Below, piece after piece: positions 15,001-30,000 of a stretch of 64,000 bases of DNA. The stretch spans positions 40,672,001-40,736,000 of the forward strand of contig OZ024748.1 of NCBI GenBank assembly GCA_964016885.1, read 5' to 3'. This DNA is from Eledone cirrhosa (taxonomy: Eukaryota). The translations under genes and the position numbers were made by a program. Under the pieces are notes generated by a model. The model ran no database searches. It was not told where the DNA came from and saw only the letters and a program-made list of their open reading frames with translations. How positions within the stretch are numbered: the stretch's first letter is position 1; each line of letters starts with the position of its first letter.

Positions 15001-18000
15001 AACTCTCTATTGAAGGAGTCACTGAACTAATACAAGGTCAAATCTCTATTGAAGAAGTCACTGAACTAAGACAAGGTCAACTCTCTATTGAAGGAGTCAC
15101 TGACCTAAGACAAGGTCAACTCTCTATTGAAGGAGTCACTGAACTGAGACAAGGTCAACTCTCTATTGAAGGAGTCACTGAACTAATACAAGGTCAACTC
15201 TCTATTGAAGAAGTCACTGAACTAATACAAGGTCAACTCTCTATTGAAGGAGTCACTGACCTAAGACAAGGTCAACTCTCTATTGAAGGAGTCACTGAAC
15301 TAATACAAGGTCAACTCTCTATTGAAGGAGTCACTGAACTAAGACAAGGTCAACTCTCTATTGAAGGAGTCACTGAACTAATACAAGGTCAACTCTCTAT
15401 TGAAGGAGTCACTAACCTAAGACAAAGTCAACTCTCTATTGAAGGAGTCACTGAACTAATACAAGGTCAACTCTCTATTGAAGGAGTCACTGAACTAATA
15501 CAAGGTCAAATCTCTATTGAAAGAGTCACTGAACTAAGACAAGGTCAACTCTCTATTGAAGGAGTCACTGACCTAAGACGAAGTCAACTCTCTATTGAAG
15601 GAGTCACTGAACTAATACAAGGTCAACTCTCTATTGAAGGAGTCACTGACCTAAGACAAAGTCAACTCTCTATTGAAGGAGTCACTGACCTAAGACAAGG
15701 TCAACTCTCTATTGAAGGAGTCACTGAACTAATACAAGGTCAACTCTCTATTGAAGGAGTCACTGAACTAAGACAAGGTCAACTCTCTATTGAAGGAGTC
15801 ACTGAACTAATACAAGGTCAACTCTCTATTGAAGAAGTCACTGAACTTATACAAGGTCAACTCTCTATTGAAGGAGTCACTGAACTAAGATAAGGTCAAC
15901 TCTCTATTGAAGGAGTCACTGACCTAAGACAAGGTCAACTCTCTATTGAAGGAGTCACTGAACTAAGACAAGGTCAACTCTCTATTGAAGGAGTCACTGA
16001 ACTAAGATAAGGTCAACTCTCTATTGAAGGAGTCACTAACCTAAGACAAAGTCAACTCTCTATTGAAGGAGTCACTGAACTAATACAAGGTCAACTCTCT
16101 ATTGAAGGAGTCACTGAACTAAGACAAGGTCAACTCTCTATTGAAGGAGTCACTGACCTAAGACAAGGTCAACTCTCTATTGAAGGAGTCACTGAACTAA
16201 GACAAGGTCAACTCTCTATTGAAGGAGTCACTGACCTAAGACAAGGTCAACTCTCTATTGAAGGAGTCAATGAACTAAGACAAGGTCAACTCTCTATTGA
16301 AGGAGTCACTGAACTAAGATAAGGTCAACTCTCTATTGAAGGAGTCACTGACCTAAGACAAAGTCAACTCTCTATTGAAGGAGTCACTGAACTAAGACAA
16401 GGTCAACTCTCTATTGAAGGAGTCACTGAACTAAGACAAGGTCAACTCTCTATTGAAGGAGTCACTGACCTAAGACAAGGTCAACTCTCTATTGAAGGAG
16501 TCACTGAACTAAGACAAGGTCAACTCTCTATTGAAGGAGTCACTGAACTAAGACAAGGTCAACTCTCTATTGAAGGAGTCACTGACCTAAGACAAGGTCA
16601 ACTCTCTATTGAAGGAGTCACTGACCTAAGACAAAGTCAACTCTCTATTGAAGGAGTCACTGACCTAAGACAAGGTCAACTCTCTATTGAAGGAGTCACT
16701 GAACTTATACAAGGTCAAATCTCTATTGAAGGAGTCACTGAACTAAGACAAGGTCAACTCTCTATTGAAGGAGTCACTGACCTAAGACAAAGTCAACTCT
16801 CTATTGAAGGAGTCACTGACCTAAGACAAGGTCAACTCTCTATTGAAGGAGTCAATGAACTAAGACAAGGTCAACTCTCTATTGAAGGAGTCACTGAACT
16901 AAGATAAGGTCAACTCTCTATTGAAGGAGTCACTGACCTAAGACAAAGTCAACTCTCTATTGAAGGAGTCACTGAACTAAGACAAGGTCAACTCTCTATT
17001 GAAGGAGTCACTGAACTAAGACAAGGTCAACTCTCTATTGAAGGAGTCACTGACCTAAGACAAGGTCAACTCTCTATTGAAGGAGTCACTGAACTAAGAC
17101 AAGGTCAACTCTCTATTGAAGGAGTCACTGAACTAAAACAAGGTCAACTCTCTATTGAAGGAGTCACTGACCTAAGACAAGGTCAACACTCTATTGAAGG
17201 AGTCACTGACCTAAGACAAGGTCAACTCTCTATTGAAGGAGTCACTGAACTAATACAAGGTCAAATCTCTACTGAAGGCGTCGCTGACCTAAGACAAGGT
17301 CAACTCTCTATTGAAGGAGTCACTGAACTAATACAAGGTCAACTCTCTATTGAAGGAGTCACTGAACTAATACAAGGTCAACTCTCTATTGAAGGAGTCA
17401 CTGAACTAATACAAGGTCAACTCTCTATTGAAGGAGTCACTGAACTAAGACAAGGTCAACTCTCTATTGAAGGAGTCACTGAACTTATACAAGGTCAAAT
17501 CTCTATTGAAGGAGTCACTGAACTAAGACAAGGTCAACTCTCTATTGAAGTAGTCACTGACCTAAGACAAAGTCAACTCTCTATTGAAGGAGTCACTGAA
17601 CTAATACAAGGTCAACTCTCTATTGAAGGAGTCACTGACCTAAGACAAAGTCAACTCTCTATTGAAGGAGTCACTGACCTAAGACAAGGTCAACTCTCTA
17701 TTGAAGGAGTCACTGAACTAATACAAGGTCAACTCTCTATTGAAGGAGTCACTGAACTAAGACAAGGTCAACTCTCTATTGAAGGAGTCACTGAACTAAT
17801 ACAAGGTCAACTCTCTATTGAAGGAGTCACTGAACTAAGACAAGGTCAACTCTCTATTGAAGGAGTCACTGAACTAAGACAAGGTCAACTCTCTATTGAA
17901 GGAGTCACTGACCTAAGACAAAGTCAACTCTCTATTGAAGGAGTCACTGACCTAAGACAAGGTCAACTCTCTATTGAAGGAGTCACTGAACTAATACAAG

Positions 18001-21000
18001 GTCAACTCTCTATTGAAGGAGTCACTGAACTGAGACAAGGTCAACTCTCTATTGAAGGAGTCACTGAACTAATACAAGGTCAACTCTCTATTGAAGAAGT
18101 CACTGAACTAATACAAGGTCAACTCTCTATTGAAGGAGTCACTGAACTAATAGAAGGTCACCTCTCTATTGAAGAAGTCACTGAACTAATACAAGGTCAA
18201 CTCTCTATTGAAGGAGTCACTGAACTAATACAAGGTCAACTCTCTATTGAAGGAGTCACTGAACTAATACAAGGTCAACTCTCTATTGAAGGAGTCACTG
18301 AACTAAGACAAGGTCAACTCTCTAATGAAGGAGTCACTGAACTAAGACAAGGTCAACTCTCTATTGAAGGAGTCACTGAACTAATACAAGGTCAACTCTC
18401 TATTGAAGCAGTCACTGAACTAAGACAAGGTCAACTCTCTATTGAAGGAGTCACTGACCTAAGACAAAGTCAACTCTCTATTGAAGGAGTCACTGACCTA
18501 AGACAAGGTCAACTCTCTATTGAAGGAGTCACTGAACTAATACAAGGTCAAATCTCTATTGAAGGAGTCACTGAACTAAGACAAGGTCAACTCTCTATTG
18601 AAGGAGTCACTGACCTAAGCCAAAGTCAACTCTCTATTGAAGGAGTCACTGAACTAATACAAGGTCAACTCTCAATTGAAGGAGTCACTGAACTAAGACA
18701 AGGTCAACTCTCTATTGAAGGAGTCACTGACCTAAGACAAATTCAACTCTCTATTGAAAGAGTCACTGAACTAATACAAGGTCAACTCTCTATTGAAGGA
18801 GTCACTGAACTAAGACAAGGTCAACTCTCTATTGAAGGAGTCACTGAACTAATACAAGGTAAACTCTCTATTGAAGAAGTCACTGAACTAATACAAGGTC
18901 AACTCTCTATTGAAGGAGTCACTGAACTAATAGAAGGTCACCTCTCTATTGAAGAAGTCACTGAACTAATACAAGGTCAACTCTCTATTGAAGGAGTCAC
19001 TGAACTAATACAAGGTCAAATCTCTATTGAAGAAGTCACTGAACTAAGACAAGGTCAACTCTCTATTGAAGGAGTCACTGACCTAAGACAAAGTCAACTC
19101 TCTATTAAAGGAGTCACTGAACTAATACAAGGTCAACTCTCTATTGAAGGAGTCACTGACCTAAGACAAAGTCAACTCTCTATTGAAGGAGTCACTGACC
19201 TAAGACAAGGTCAACTCTCTATTGAAGGAGTCACTGAACTAATACAAGGTCAACTCTCTATTGAAGGAGTCACTGAACTAAGACAAGGTCAACTCTCTAT
19301 TGAAGGAGTCACTGAACTAATACAAGGTCAACTCTCTATTGAAGAAGTCACTGAATTAATACAAGGTCAACTCTCTATTGAAGGAGTCACTGAACTAATA
19401 GAAGGTCAACTCTCTATTGAAGAAGTCACTGAACTAATACAAGGTCAACTCTCTATTGAAGGTGTCACTGAACTAATACAAAGTCAACTCTCTATTGAAG
19501 GAGTCACTGACCTAAGACAAAGTCAACTCTCTATTGAAGGAGTCACTGACCTAAGACAAGGTCAACTCTCTATTGAAGGAGTCACTGAACTAATACAAGG
19601 TCAACTCTCTATTGAAGGAGTCACTGAACTAAGACAAGGTCAACTCTCTATTGAAGGAGTCACTGAACTAATACAAGGTCAACTCTCTATTGAAGAAGTC
19701 ACTGAACTAATACAAGGTCAACTCTCTATTGAAGGAGTCACTGAACTAATAGAAGGTCAACTCTCTATTGAAGAAGTCACTGAACTAAGACAAGGTCAAC
19801 TTTCTATTGAAGGAGTCACTGAACTAATACAAGGTCAAATCTCTATTGAAGGAGTCACTGAACTAAGACAAGGTCAACTCTCTATTGAAGGAGTCACTGA
19901 CCTAAGACAAAGTCAACTCTCTATTGAAGGAGTCACTGAACTAATACAAGGTCAACTCTCAATTGAAGGAGTCACGGAACTAAAACAAGGTCAACTCTCT
20001 ATTGAAGGAGTCACTGACCTAAGACAAATTCAACTCTCTATTGAAGGAGTCACTGACCTAAGACAAAGTCAACTCTCTATTGAAGGAGTCACTGAACTAA
20101 TACAAGGTCAACTCTCAATTGAAGGAGTCACTGAACTAAAACAAGGTCAACTCTCTATTGAAGAAGTCACTGAACTAAGACAAGGTCAACTCTCTATTGA
20201 AGGAGTCACTGACCTAAGACAAAGTCAACTCTCTATTGAAGGAGTCACTGAACTAATACAAGGTCAACTCTCTATTGAAGGAGTCACTGACCTAAGACAA
20301 AGTCAACTCTCTATTGAAGGAGTCACTGACCTAAGACAAGGTCAACTCTCTATTGAAGGAGTCACTGAACTAATACAAGGTCAACTCTCTATTGAAGGAG
20401 TCACTGAACTAAGACAAGGTCAACTCTCTATTGAAGGAGTCACTGAACTAATACAAGGTCAACTCTCTATTGAAGAAGTCACTGAACTAATACAAGGTCA
20501 ACTCTCTATTGAAGGAGTCACTGAACTAATAGAAGGTCAACTCTCTATTGAAGAAGTCACTGAACTAATACAAGGTCAACTCTCTTTTGAAGGAGTCACT
20601 GAACTAATACAAGGTCAACTCTCTATTGAAGGAGTCACTGAACTAATACAAGGTCAACTCTCTATTGAAGGAGTCACTGAACTAATACAAGGTCAACTCT
20701 CTATTGAAGGAGTCACTGAACTAAGACAAGGTCAACTCTCTATTGAAGGAGTCACTGAACTAATACAAGGTCAACTCTCTATTGAAGGAGTCACTGACCT
20801 AAGACAAAGTCAACTCTCTATTGAAGGAGTCACTGACCTAAGACAAGGTCAACTCTCTATTGAAGGAGTCACTGACCTAAGACAAGGTCAACTCTCTATT
20901 GAAGGAGTCACTGAACTAAGACAAGGTCAACTCTCTATTGAAGGAGTGACTGACCTAAGACAAAGTCAACTCTCTATTGAAGGAGTCACTGAACTAATAC

Positions 21001-24000
21001 AAGGTCAACTCTCTATTGAAGGAGTCACTGACCTAAGACAAAGTCATCTCTCTATTGAAGGAGTCACTGACCTAAGACAAGCTCAACTCTCTATTGAAGG
21101 AGTCACTGAACTAATACAACGTCAACTCTCTATTGAAGGAGTCACTGAACTAAGACAAGGTCAACTCTCTATTGAAGGAGTCACTGAACTAAGACAAGGT
21201 CAACTCTCTATTGAAGGAGTCACTGAACTAATACAAGGTCAACTCTCTATTAAAGGAGTCACTGAACTAAGACAAGGTCAACTCTCTATTGAAGGAGTCA
21301 CTGAACTAATACAAGGTCAACTCTCTATTGAAGGAGTCACTGAACTAAGATAAGGTCAACTCTCTATTGAAGGAGTCACTGACCTAAGACAAGCTCAACT
21401 CTCTATTGAAGGAGTCACTGAACTAATACAAGGTCAAATCTCTATTGAAGGAGTCACTGAACTAAGACAAGGTCAACTCTCTATTGAAGGAGTCACTGAC
21501 CTAAGACAAAGTCAACTCTCTATTGAAGGAGTCACTGAACTAATACAAGGTCAACTCTCAATTGAAGGAGTCACTGACCTAAGACATAGTCAACTCTCTA
21601 TTGAAGGAGTCACTGAACTAAGACAAGGTCAACTCTCTATTGAAGGAGTCACTGACCTAAGACAAATTCAACTCTCTATTGAAGGAGTCACTGACCTAAG
21701 ACAAGGTCAACTCTCTATTGAAGGAGTCACTGAACTAATACAAGGTCAAATCTCTATTGAAAGAGTCACTGAACTAAGACAAGGTCAACTCTCTATTGAA
21801 GGAGTCACTGACCTAAGACGAAGTCAACTCTCTATTGAAGGAGTCACTGAACTAATACAAGGTCAACTCTCTATTGAAGGAGTCACTGACCTAAGACAAA
21901 GTCAACTCTCTATTGAAGGAGTCACTGACCTAAGACAAGGTCAACTCTCTATTGAAGGAGTCACTGAACTAATACAAGGTCAACTCTCTATTGAAGGAGT
22001 CACTGAACTAAGACAAGGTCAACTCTCTATTGAAGGAGTCACTGAACTAATACAAGGTCAACTCTCTATTGAAGAAGTCACTGAACTAATACAAGGTCAA
22101 CTCTCTATTGAAGGAGTCACTGAACTAAGATAAGGTCAACTCTCTATTGAAGGAGTCACTGACCTAAGACAAGGTCAACTCTCTATTGAAGGAGTCACTG
22201 AACTAAGACAAGGTCAACTCTCTATTGAAGGAGTCACTGAACTAAGATAAGGTCAACTCTCTATTGAAGGAGTCACTAACCTAAGACAAAGTCAACTCTC
22301 TATTGAAGGAGTCACTGAACTAATACAAGGTCAACTCTCTATTGAAGGAGTCACTGAACTAAGACAAGGTCAACTCTCTATTGAAGGAGTCACTGAACTA
22401 ATACAAGGTCAACTCTCTATTGAAGAAGTCACTGACCTAATACAAGGTCAACTCTCTATTGAAGGAGTCACTGACCTAAGACAAGGTCAACTCTCTATTG
22501 AAGGAGTCACTGAACTAAGACAAGGTCAACTCTCTATTGAAGGAGTCACTGAACTAAGACAAGGTCAACTCTCTATTGAAGGAGTCACTGACCTAAGACA
22601 AGGTCAACTCTCTATCGAAGGAGTCACTGAACTAATACAAGGTCAACTCTCTATTGAAGGAGTCACTGAACTAAGATAAGGTCAACTCTCTATTGAAGGA
22701 GTCACTGACCTAAGACAAAGTCAGCTCTCTATTGAAGGAGTCACTGAACTAAGACAAGGTCAACTCTCTATTGAAGAAGTCACTGAACTTATACAAGGTC
22801 AACTCTCTATTGAAGGAGTCACTGAACTAAGACAAGGTCAACTCTCTATTGAAGGAGTCACTGACCTAAGACAAAGTCAACTCTCTATTGAAGGAGTCAG
22901 TGACCTAAGACAAGGTCAACTCTCTATTGAAGGAGTCACTGACCTAAGACAAGGTCAACTCTCTATTGAAGGAGTCACTGAACTAATACAAGGTCAAATC
23001 TCTATTGAAGGAGTCACTGAACTAAGACAAGGTCAACTCTCTATTGAAGGAGTCACTGACCTAAGACAAAGTCAACTCTCTATTGAAGGAGTCACTGACC
23101 TAAGACAAGGTCAACTCTCTATTGAAGGAGTCACTGAACTTATACAAGGTCAAATCTCTATTGAAGGAGTCACTGAACTAAGACAAGGTCAACTCTCTAT
23201 TGAAGGAGTCACTGACCTAAGACAAAGTCAACTCTCTATTGAAGGAGTCACTGAACTAATACAAGGTCAACTCTCAATTGAAGGAGTCACTGACCTAAGA
23301 CATAGTCAACTCTCTATTGAAGGAGTCACTGAACTAAGACAATGTCAACTCTCTATTGAAGGAGTCACTGACCTAAGACAAATTCAACTCTCTATTGAAG
23401 GAGTCACTGATCTAAGACAAGGTCAACTCTCTATTGAAGGAGTCACTGAACTAATACAAGGTCAACTCTCTATTGAAGGAGTCGCTGACCTAAGACAAGG
23501 TCAACTCTCTATTGAAGGAGTCACTGAACTAATACAAGGTCAAATCTCTATTGAAGGAGTCACTGAACTAAGACAAGGTCAACTCTCTATTGAAGGAGTC
23601 ACTGACCTAAGACAAAGTCAACTCTCTATTGAAGGAGTCACTGACCTAAGACAAGGTCAACTCTCTATTGAAGGAGTCACTGAACTTATAAAAGGTCAAA
23701 TCTCTATTGAAGGAGTCACTGAACTAAGACAAGGTCAACTCTCTATTGAAGGAGTCACTGACCTAAGACAAAGTCAACTCTCTATTGAAGGAGTCACTGA
23801 ACTAATACAAGGTCAACTCTCTATTGAAGGAGTCACTGACCTAAGACAAAGTCAACTCTCTATGGAAGGAGTCACTGACCTAAGACAAGGTCAACTCTCT
23901 ATTGAAGGAGTCACTGACCTAAGACAAGGTCAACTCTCTATTGAAGGAGTCACTGAACTAAGACAAGGTCAACTCTCTATTGAAGGAGTCACTGACCTAA

Positions 24001-27000
24001 GACAAAGTCAACTCTCTATTGAAGGAGTCACTGAACTAATACAAGGTCAACTCTCTATTGAAGGAGTCACTGACCTAAGACAAAGTCAACTCTCTATTGA
24101 AGGAGTCACTGACCTAAGACAAGGTCAACTCTCTATTGAAGGAGTCACTGAACTAATACAAGGTCAACTCTCTATTGAAGGAGTCACTGAACTAAGACAA
24201 GGTCAACTCTCTATTGAAGGAGTCACTGAACTAAGACAAGGTCAACTCTCTATTGAAGGAGTCACTGAACTAATACAAGGTCAACTCTCTATTAAAGGAG
24301 TCACTGAACTAAGACAAGGTCAACTCTCTATTGAAGGAGTCACTGAACTAATACAAGGTCAACTCTCTATTGAAGGAGTCACTGAACTAAGATAAGGTCA
24401 ACTCTCTATTGAAGGAGTCACTGACCTAAGACAAAGTCAACTCTCTATTGAAGGAGTCACTGACCTAAGACAAGGTCAACTCTCTATTGAAGGAGTCACT
24501 GAACTAATACAAGGTCAAATCTCTATTGAAGGAGTCACTGAACTAAGACAAGGTCAACTCTCTATTGAAGGAGTCACTGACCTAAGACAAAGTCAACTCT
24601 CTATTGAAGGAGTCACTGAACTAATACAAGGTCAACTCTCAATTGAAGGAGTCACTGACCTAAGACATAGTCAACTCTCTATTGAAGGAGTCACTGAACT
24701 AAGACAAGGTCAACTCTCTATTGAAGGAGTTACTGACCTAAGACATATTCAACTCTCTATTGAAGGAGTCACTGACCTAAGACAAGGTCAACTCTCTATT
24801 GAAGGAGTCACTGAACTAATACAAGGTCAAATCTCTATTGAAAGAGTCACTGAACTAAGACAAGGTCAACTCTCTATTGAAGGAGTCACTGACCTAAGAC
24901 AAAGTCAACTCTCTATTGAAGGAGTCACTGAACTAATACAAGGTCAACTCTCTATTGAAGGAGTCACTGACCTAAGACAAAGTCAACTCTCTATTGAAGG
25001 AGTCACTGACCTAAGACAAGGTCAACTCTCTATTGAAGGAGTCACTGAACTAATACAAGGTCAACTCTCTATTGAAGGAGTCACTGAACTAAGACAAGGT
25101 CAACTCTCTATTGAAGGAGTCACTGAACTAATACAAGGTCAACTCTCTATTGAAGGAGTCACTGAACTAAGATAAGGTCAACTCTCTATTGAAGGAGTCA
25201 CTGACCTAAGACAAAGTCAACTCTCTATTGAAGGAGTCACAGACCTAAGACAAGGTCAACTCTCTATTGAAGGAGTCACTGAACTAATACAAGGTCAAAT
25301 CTCTATTGAAGGAGTCACTGAACTAAGACAAGGTCAACTCTCTATTGAAGGAGTCACTGACCTAAGACAAAGTCAACTCTCTATTGAAGGAGTCACTGAA
25401 CTAATACAAGGTCAACTCTCAATTGAAGGAGTCACTGACCTAAGACATAGTCAACTCTCTATTGAAGGAGTCACTGAACTAAGACAAGGTCAACTCTCTA
25501 TTGAAGGAGTCACTGACCTAAGACATATTCAACTCTCTATTGAAGGAGTCACTGACCTAAGACAAGGTCAACTCTCTATTGAAGGAGTCACTGAACTAAT
25601 ACAAGGTCAAATCTCTATTGAAAGAGTCACTGAACTAAGACAAGGTCAACTCTCTATTGAAGGAGTCACTGACCTAAGACAAAGTCAACTCTCTATTGAA
25701 GGAGTCACTGAACTAATACAAGGTCAACTCTCTATTGAAGGAGTCACTGACCTAAGACAAAGTCAACTCTCTATTGAAGGAGTCACTGACCTAAGACAAG
25801 GTCAACTCTCTATTGAAGGAGTCACTGAACTAATACAAGGTCAACTCTCTATTGAAGGAGTCACTGAACTAAGACAAGGTCAACTCTCTATTGAAGGAGT
25901 CACTGAACTAATACAAGGTCAACTCTCTATTGAAGAAGTCACTGAACTAATACAAGGTCAACTCTCTATTGAAGGAGTCACTGAACTAAGATAAGGTCAA
26001 CTCTCTATTGAAGGAGTCACTGACCTAAGACAAGGTCAACTCTCTATTGAAGGAGTCACTGAACTAAGACAAGGTCAACTCTCTATTGAAGGAGTCACTG
26101 AACTAAGACAAGGTCAACTCTCTATTGAAGGAGTCACTGAACTAAGATAAGGTCAACTCTCTATTGAAGGAGTCACTAACCTAAGACAAAGTCAACTCTC
26201 TATTGAAGGAGTCACTGAACTAATACAAGGTCAACTCTCTATTGAAGGAGTCACTGAACTAAGACAAGGTCAACTCTCTATTGAAGGAGTCACTGACCTA
26301 AGACAAGGTCAACTCTCTATTGAAGGAGTCACTGAACTAAGACAAGGTCAACTCTCTATTGAAGGAGTCACTGAACTAAGACAAGGTCAACTCTCTATTG
26401 AAGGAGTCACTGACCTAAGACAAGGTCAACTCTCTATTGAAGGAGTCACTGAACTAATACAAGGTCAACTCTCTATTGAAGGAGTCACTGAACTAAGATA
26501 AGGTCAACTCTCTATTGAAGGAGTCACTGACCTAAGACAAAGTCAACTCTCTATTGAAGGAGTCACTGAACTAAGACAAGGTCAACTCTCTATTGAAGAA
26601 GTCACTGAACTTATACAAGGTCAACTCTCTATTGAAGGAGTCACTGAACTAAGACAAGGTCAACTCTCTATTGAAAGAGTCACTGACCTAAGACAAAGTC
26701 AACTCTCTATTGAAGGAGTCACTGACCTAAGACAAGGTCAACTCTCTATTGAAGGAGTCACTGACCTAAGACAAGGTCAACTCTCTATTGAAGGAGTCAC
26801 TGAACTAATACAAGGTCAAATCTCTACTGAAGGAGTCGCTGACCTAAGACAAGGTCAACTCTCTATTGAAGGAGTCACTGAACTAATACAAGGTCAACTC
26901 TCTATTGAAGGATTCACTGAACTAAGACAAGGTCAACTCTCTATTGAAGGAGTCACTGAACTAAGACAAGGTCAACTCTCTATTGAAGGAGTCACTTAAC

Positions 27001-30000
27001 TAATACAAGGTCAACTCTCTATTGAAGGAGTCACTGAACTAATACAAGGTCAACTCTCTATTGAAGGAGTCACTGAACTAAGACAAAGTCAACTCTCTAT
27101 TGAAGGAGTCACTGACCTAAGATAAGATCAACTCTCTATTGAAGGAGTCACTGAACTAATACAAGATCAACTCTCTATTGAAGGAGTCACTGAACTAAGA
27201 CAAAGTCAACTCTCTATTGAAGGAGTCACTGACCTAAGACAAGGTCAACTCTCTATTGAAGGAATCACTGAACTAAGACAAGGTCAACTCTCTATTGAAG
27301 GAGTCACTGAACTAAGACAAGGTCAACTCTCTATTGAAGGAGTCACTGAACTAAGACAAGGTCAACTCTCTATTGAAGGAGTCACTGAACTAATACAAGG
27401 TCAACTCTCTATTGAATGAGTCACTGAACTAAGACAAGGTCAACTCTCTATTGAAGGAGTCACTGACCTAAGACAAGGTCAACTCTCTATTGAAGGAATC
27501 ACTGAACTAAGACAAGGTCAACTCTCTATTGAAGGAGTCACTGAACTAAGACAAGGTCAACTCTCTATTGAAGGAGTCACTGAACTAAGATAAGGTCAAC
27601 TCTCTATTGAAGGAGTCACTGACCTAAGACAAGCTCAACTCTCTATTGAAGGAGTCACTGAACTAATACAAGGTCAAATCTCTATTGAAGGAGTCACTGA
27701 ACTAAGACAAGGTCAACTCTCTATTGAAGGAGTCACTGACCTAAGACAAAGTCAACTCTCTATTGAAGGAGTCACTGAACTAATACAAGGTCAACTCTCA
27801 ATTGAAGGAGTCACTGACCTAAGACATAGTCAACTCTCTATTGAAGGAGTCACTGAACTAAGACAAGGTCAACTCTCTATTGAAGGAGTCACTGACCTAA
27901 GACAAATTCAACTCTCTATTGAAGGAGTCACTGACCTAAGACAAGGTCAACTCTCTATTGAAGGAGTCACTGAACTAATACAAGGTCAAATCTCTATTGA
28001 AAGAGTCACTGAACTAAGACAAGGTCAACTCTCTATTGAAGGAGTCACTGACCTAAGACGAAGTCAACTCTCTATTGAAGGAGTCACTGAACTAATACAA
28101 GGTCAACTCTCTATTGAAGGAGTCACTGACCTAAGACAAAGTCAACTCTCTATTGAAGGAGTCACTGACCTAAGACAAGGTCAACTCTCTATTGAAGGAG
28201 TCACTGAACTAATACAAGGTCAACTCTCTATTGAAGGAGTCACTGAACTAAGACAAGGTCAACTCTCTATTGAAGGAGTCACTGAACTAATACAAGGTCA
28301 ACTCTCTATTGAAGAAGTCACTGAACTAATACAAGGTCAACTCTCTATTGAAGGAGTCACTGAACTAAGATAAGGTCAACTCTCTATTGAAGGAGTCACT
28401 GACCTAAGACAAGGTCAACTCTCTATTGAAGGAGTCACTGAACTAAGACAAGGTCAACTCTCTATTGAAGGAGTCACTGAACTAAGATAAGGTCAACTCT
28501 CTATTGAAGGAGTCACTAACCTAAGACAAAGTCAACTCTCTATTGAAGGAGTCACTGAACTAATACAAGGTCAACTCTCTATTGAAGGAGTCACTGAACT
28601 AAGACAAGGTCAACTCTCTATTGAAGGAGTCACTGAACTAATACAAGGTCAACTCTCTATTGAAGAAGTCACTGACCTAATACAAGGTCAACTCTCTATT
28701 GAAGGAGTCACTGACCTAAGACAAGGTCAACTCTCTATTGAAGGAGTCACTGAACTAAGACAAGGTCAACTCTCTATTGAAGGAGTCACTGAACTAAGAC
28801 AAGGTCAACTCTCTATTGAAGGAGTCACTGACCTAAGACAAGGTCAACTCTCTATCGAAGGAGTCACTGAACTAATACAAGGTCAACTCTCTATTGAAGG
28901 AGTCACTGAACTAAGATAAGGTCAACTCTCTATTGAAGGAGTCACTGACCTAAGACAAAGTCAGCTCTCTATTGAAGGAGTCACTGAACTAAGACAAGGT
29001 CAACTCTCTATTGAAGAAGTCACTGAACTTATACAAGGTCAACTCTCTATTGAAGGAGTCACTGAACTAAGACAAGGTCAACTCTCTATTGAAGGAGTCA
29101 CTGACCTAAGACAAAGTCAACTCTCTATTGAAGGAGTCAGTGACCTAAGACAAGGTCAACTCTCTATTGAAGGAGTCACTGACCTAAGACAAGGTCAACT
29201 CTCTATTGAAGGAGTCACTGAACTAATACAAGGTCAAATCTCTATTGAAGGAGTCACTGAACTAAGACAAGGTCAACTCTCTATTGAAGGAGTCACTGAC
29301 CTAAGACAAAGTCAACTCTCTATTGAAGGAGTCACTGACCTAAGACAAGGTCAACTCTCTATTGAAGGAGTCACTGAACTTATACAAGGTCAAATCTCTA
29401 TTGAAGGAGTCACTGAACTAAGACAAGGTCAACTCTCTATTGAAGGAGTCACTGACCTAAGACAAAGTCAACTCTCTATTGAAGGAGTCACTGAACTAAT
29501 ACAAGGTCAACTCTCAATTGAAGGAGTCACTGACCTAAGACATAGTCAACTCTCTATTGAAGGAGTCACTGAACTAAGACAATGTCAACTCTCTATTGAA
29601 GGAGTCACTGACCTAAGACAAATTCAACTCTCTATTGAAGGAGTCACTGATCTAAGACAAGGTCAACTCTCTATTGAAGGAGTCACTGAACTAATACAAG
29701 GTCAACTCTCTATTGAAGGAGTCGCTGACCTAAGACAAGGTCAACTCTCTATTGAAGGAGTCACTGAACTAATACAAGGTCAAATCTCTATTGAAGGAGT
29801 CACTGAACTAAGACAAGGTCAACTCTCTATTGAAGGAGTCACTGACCTAAGACAAAGTCAACTCTCTATTGAAGGAGTCACTGACCTAAGACAAGGTCAA
29901 CTCTCTATTGAAGGAGTCACTGAACTTATAAAAGGTCAAATCTCTATTGAAGGAGTCACTGAACTAAGACAAGGTCAACTCTCTATTGAAGGAGTCACTG

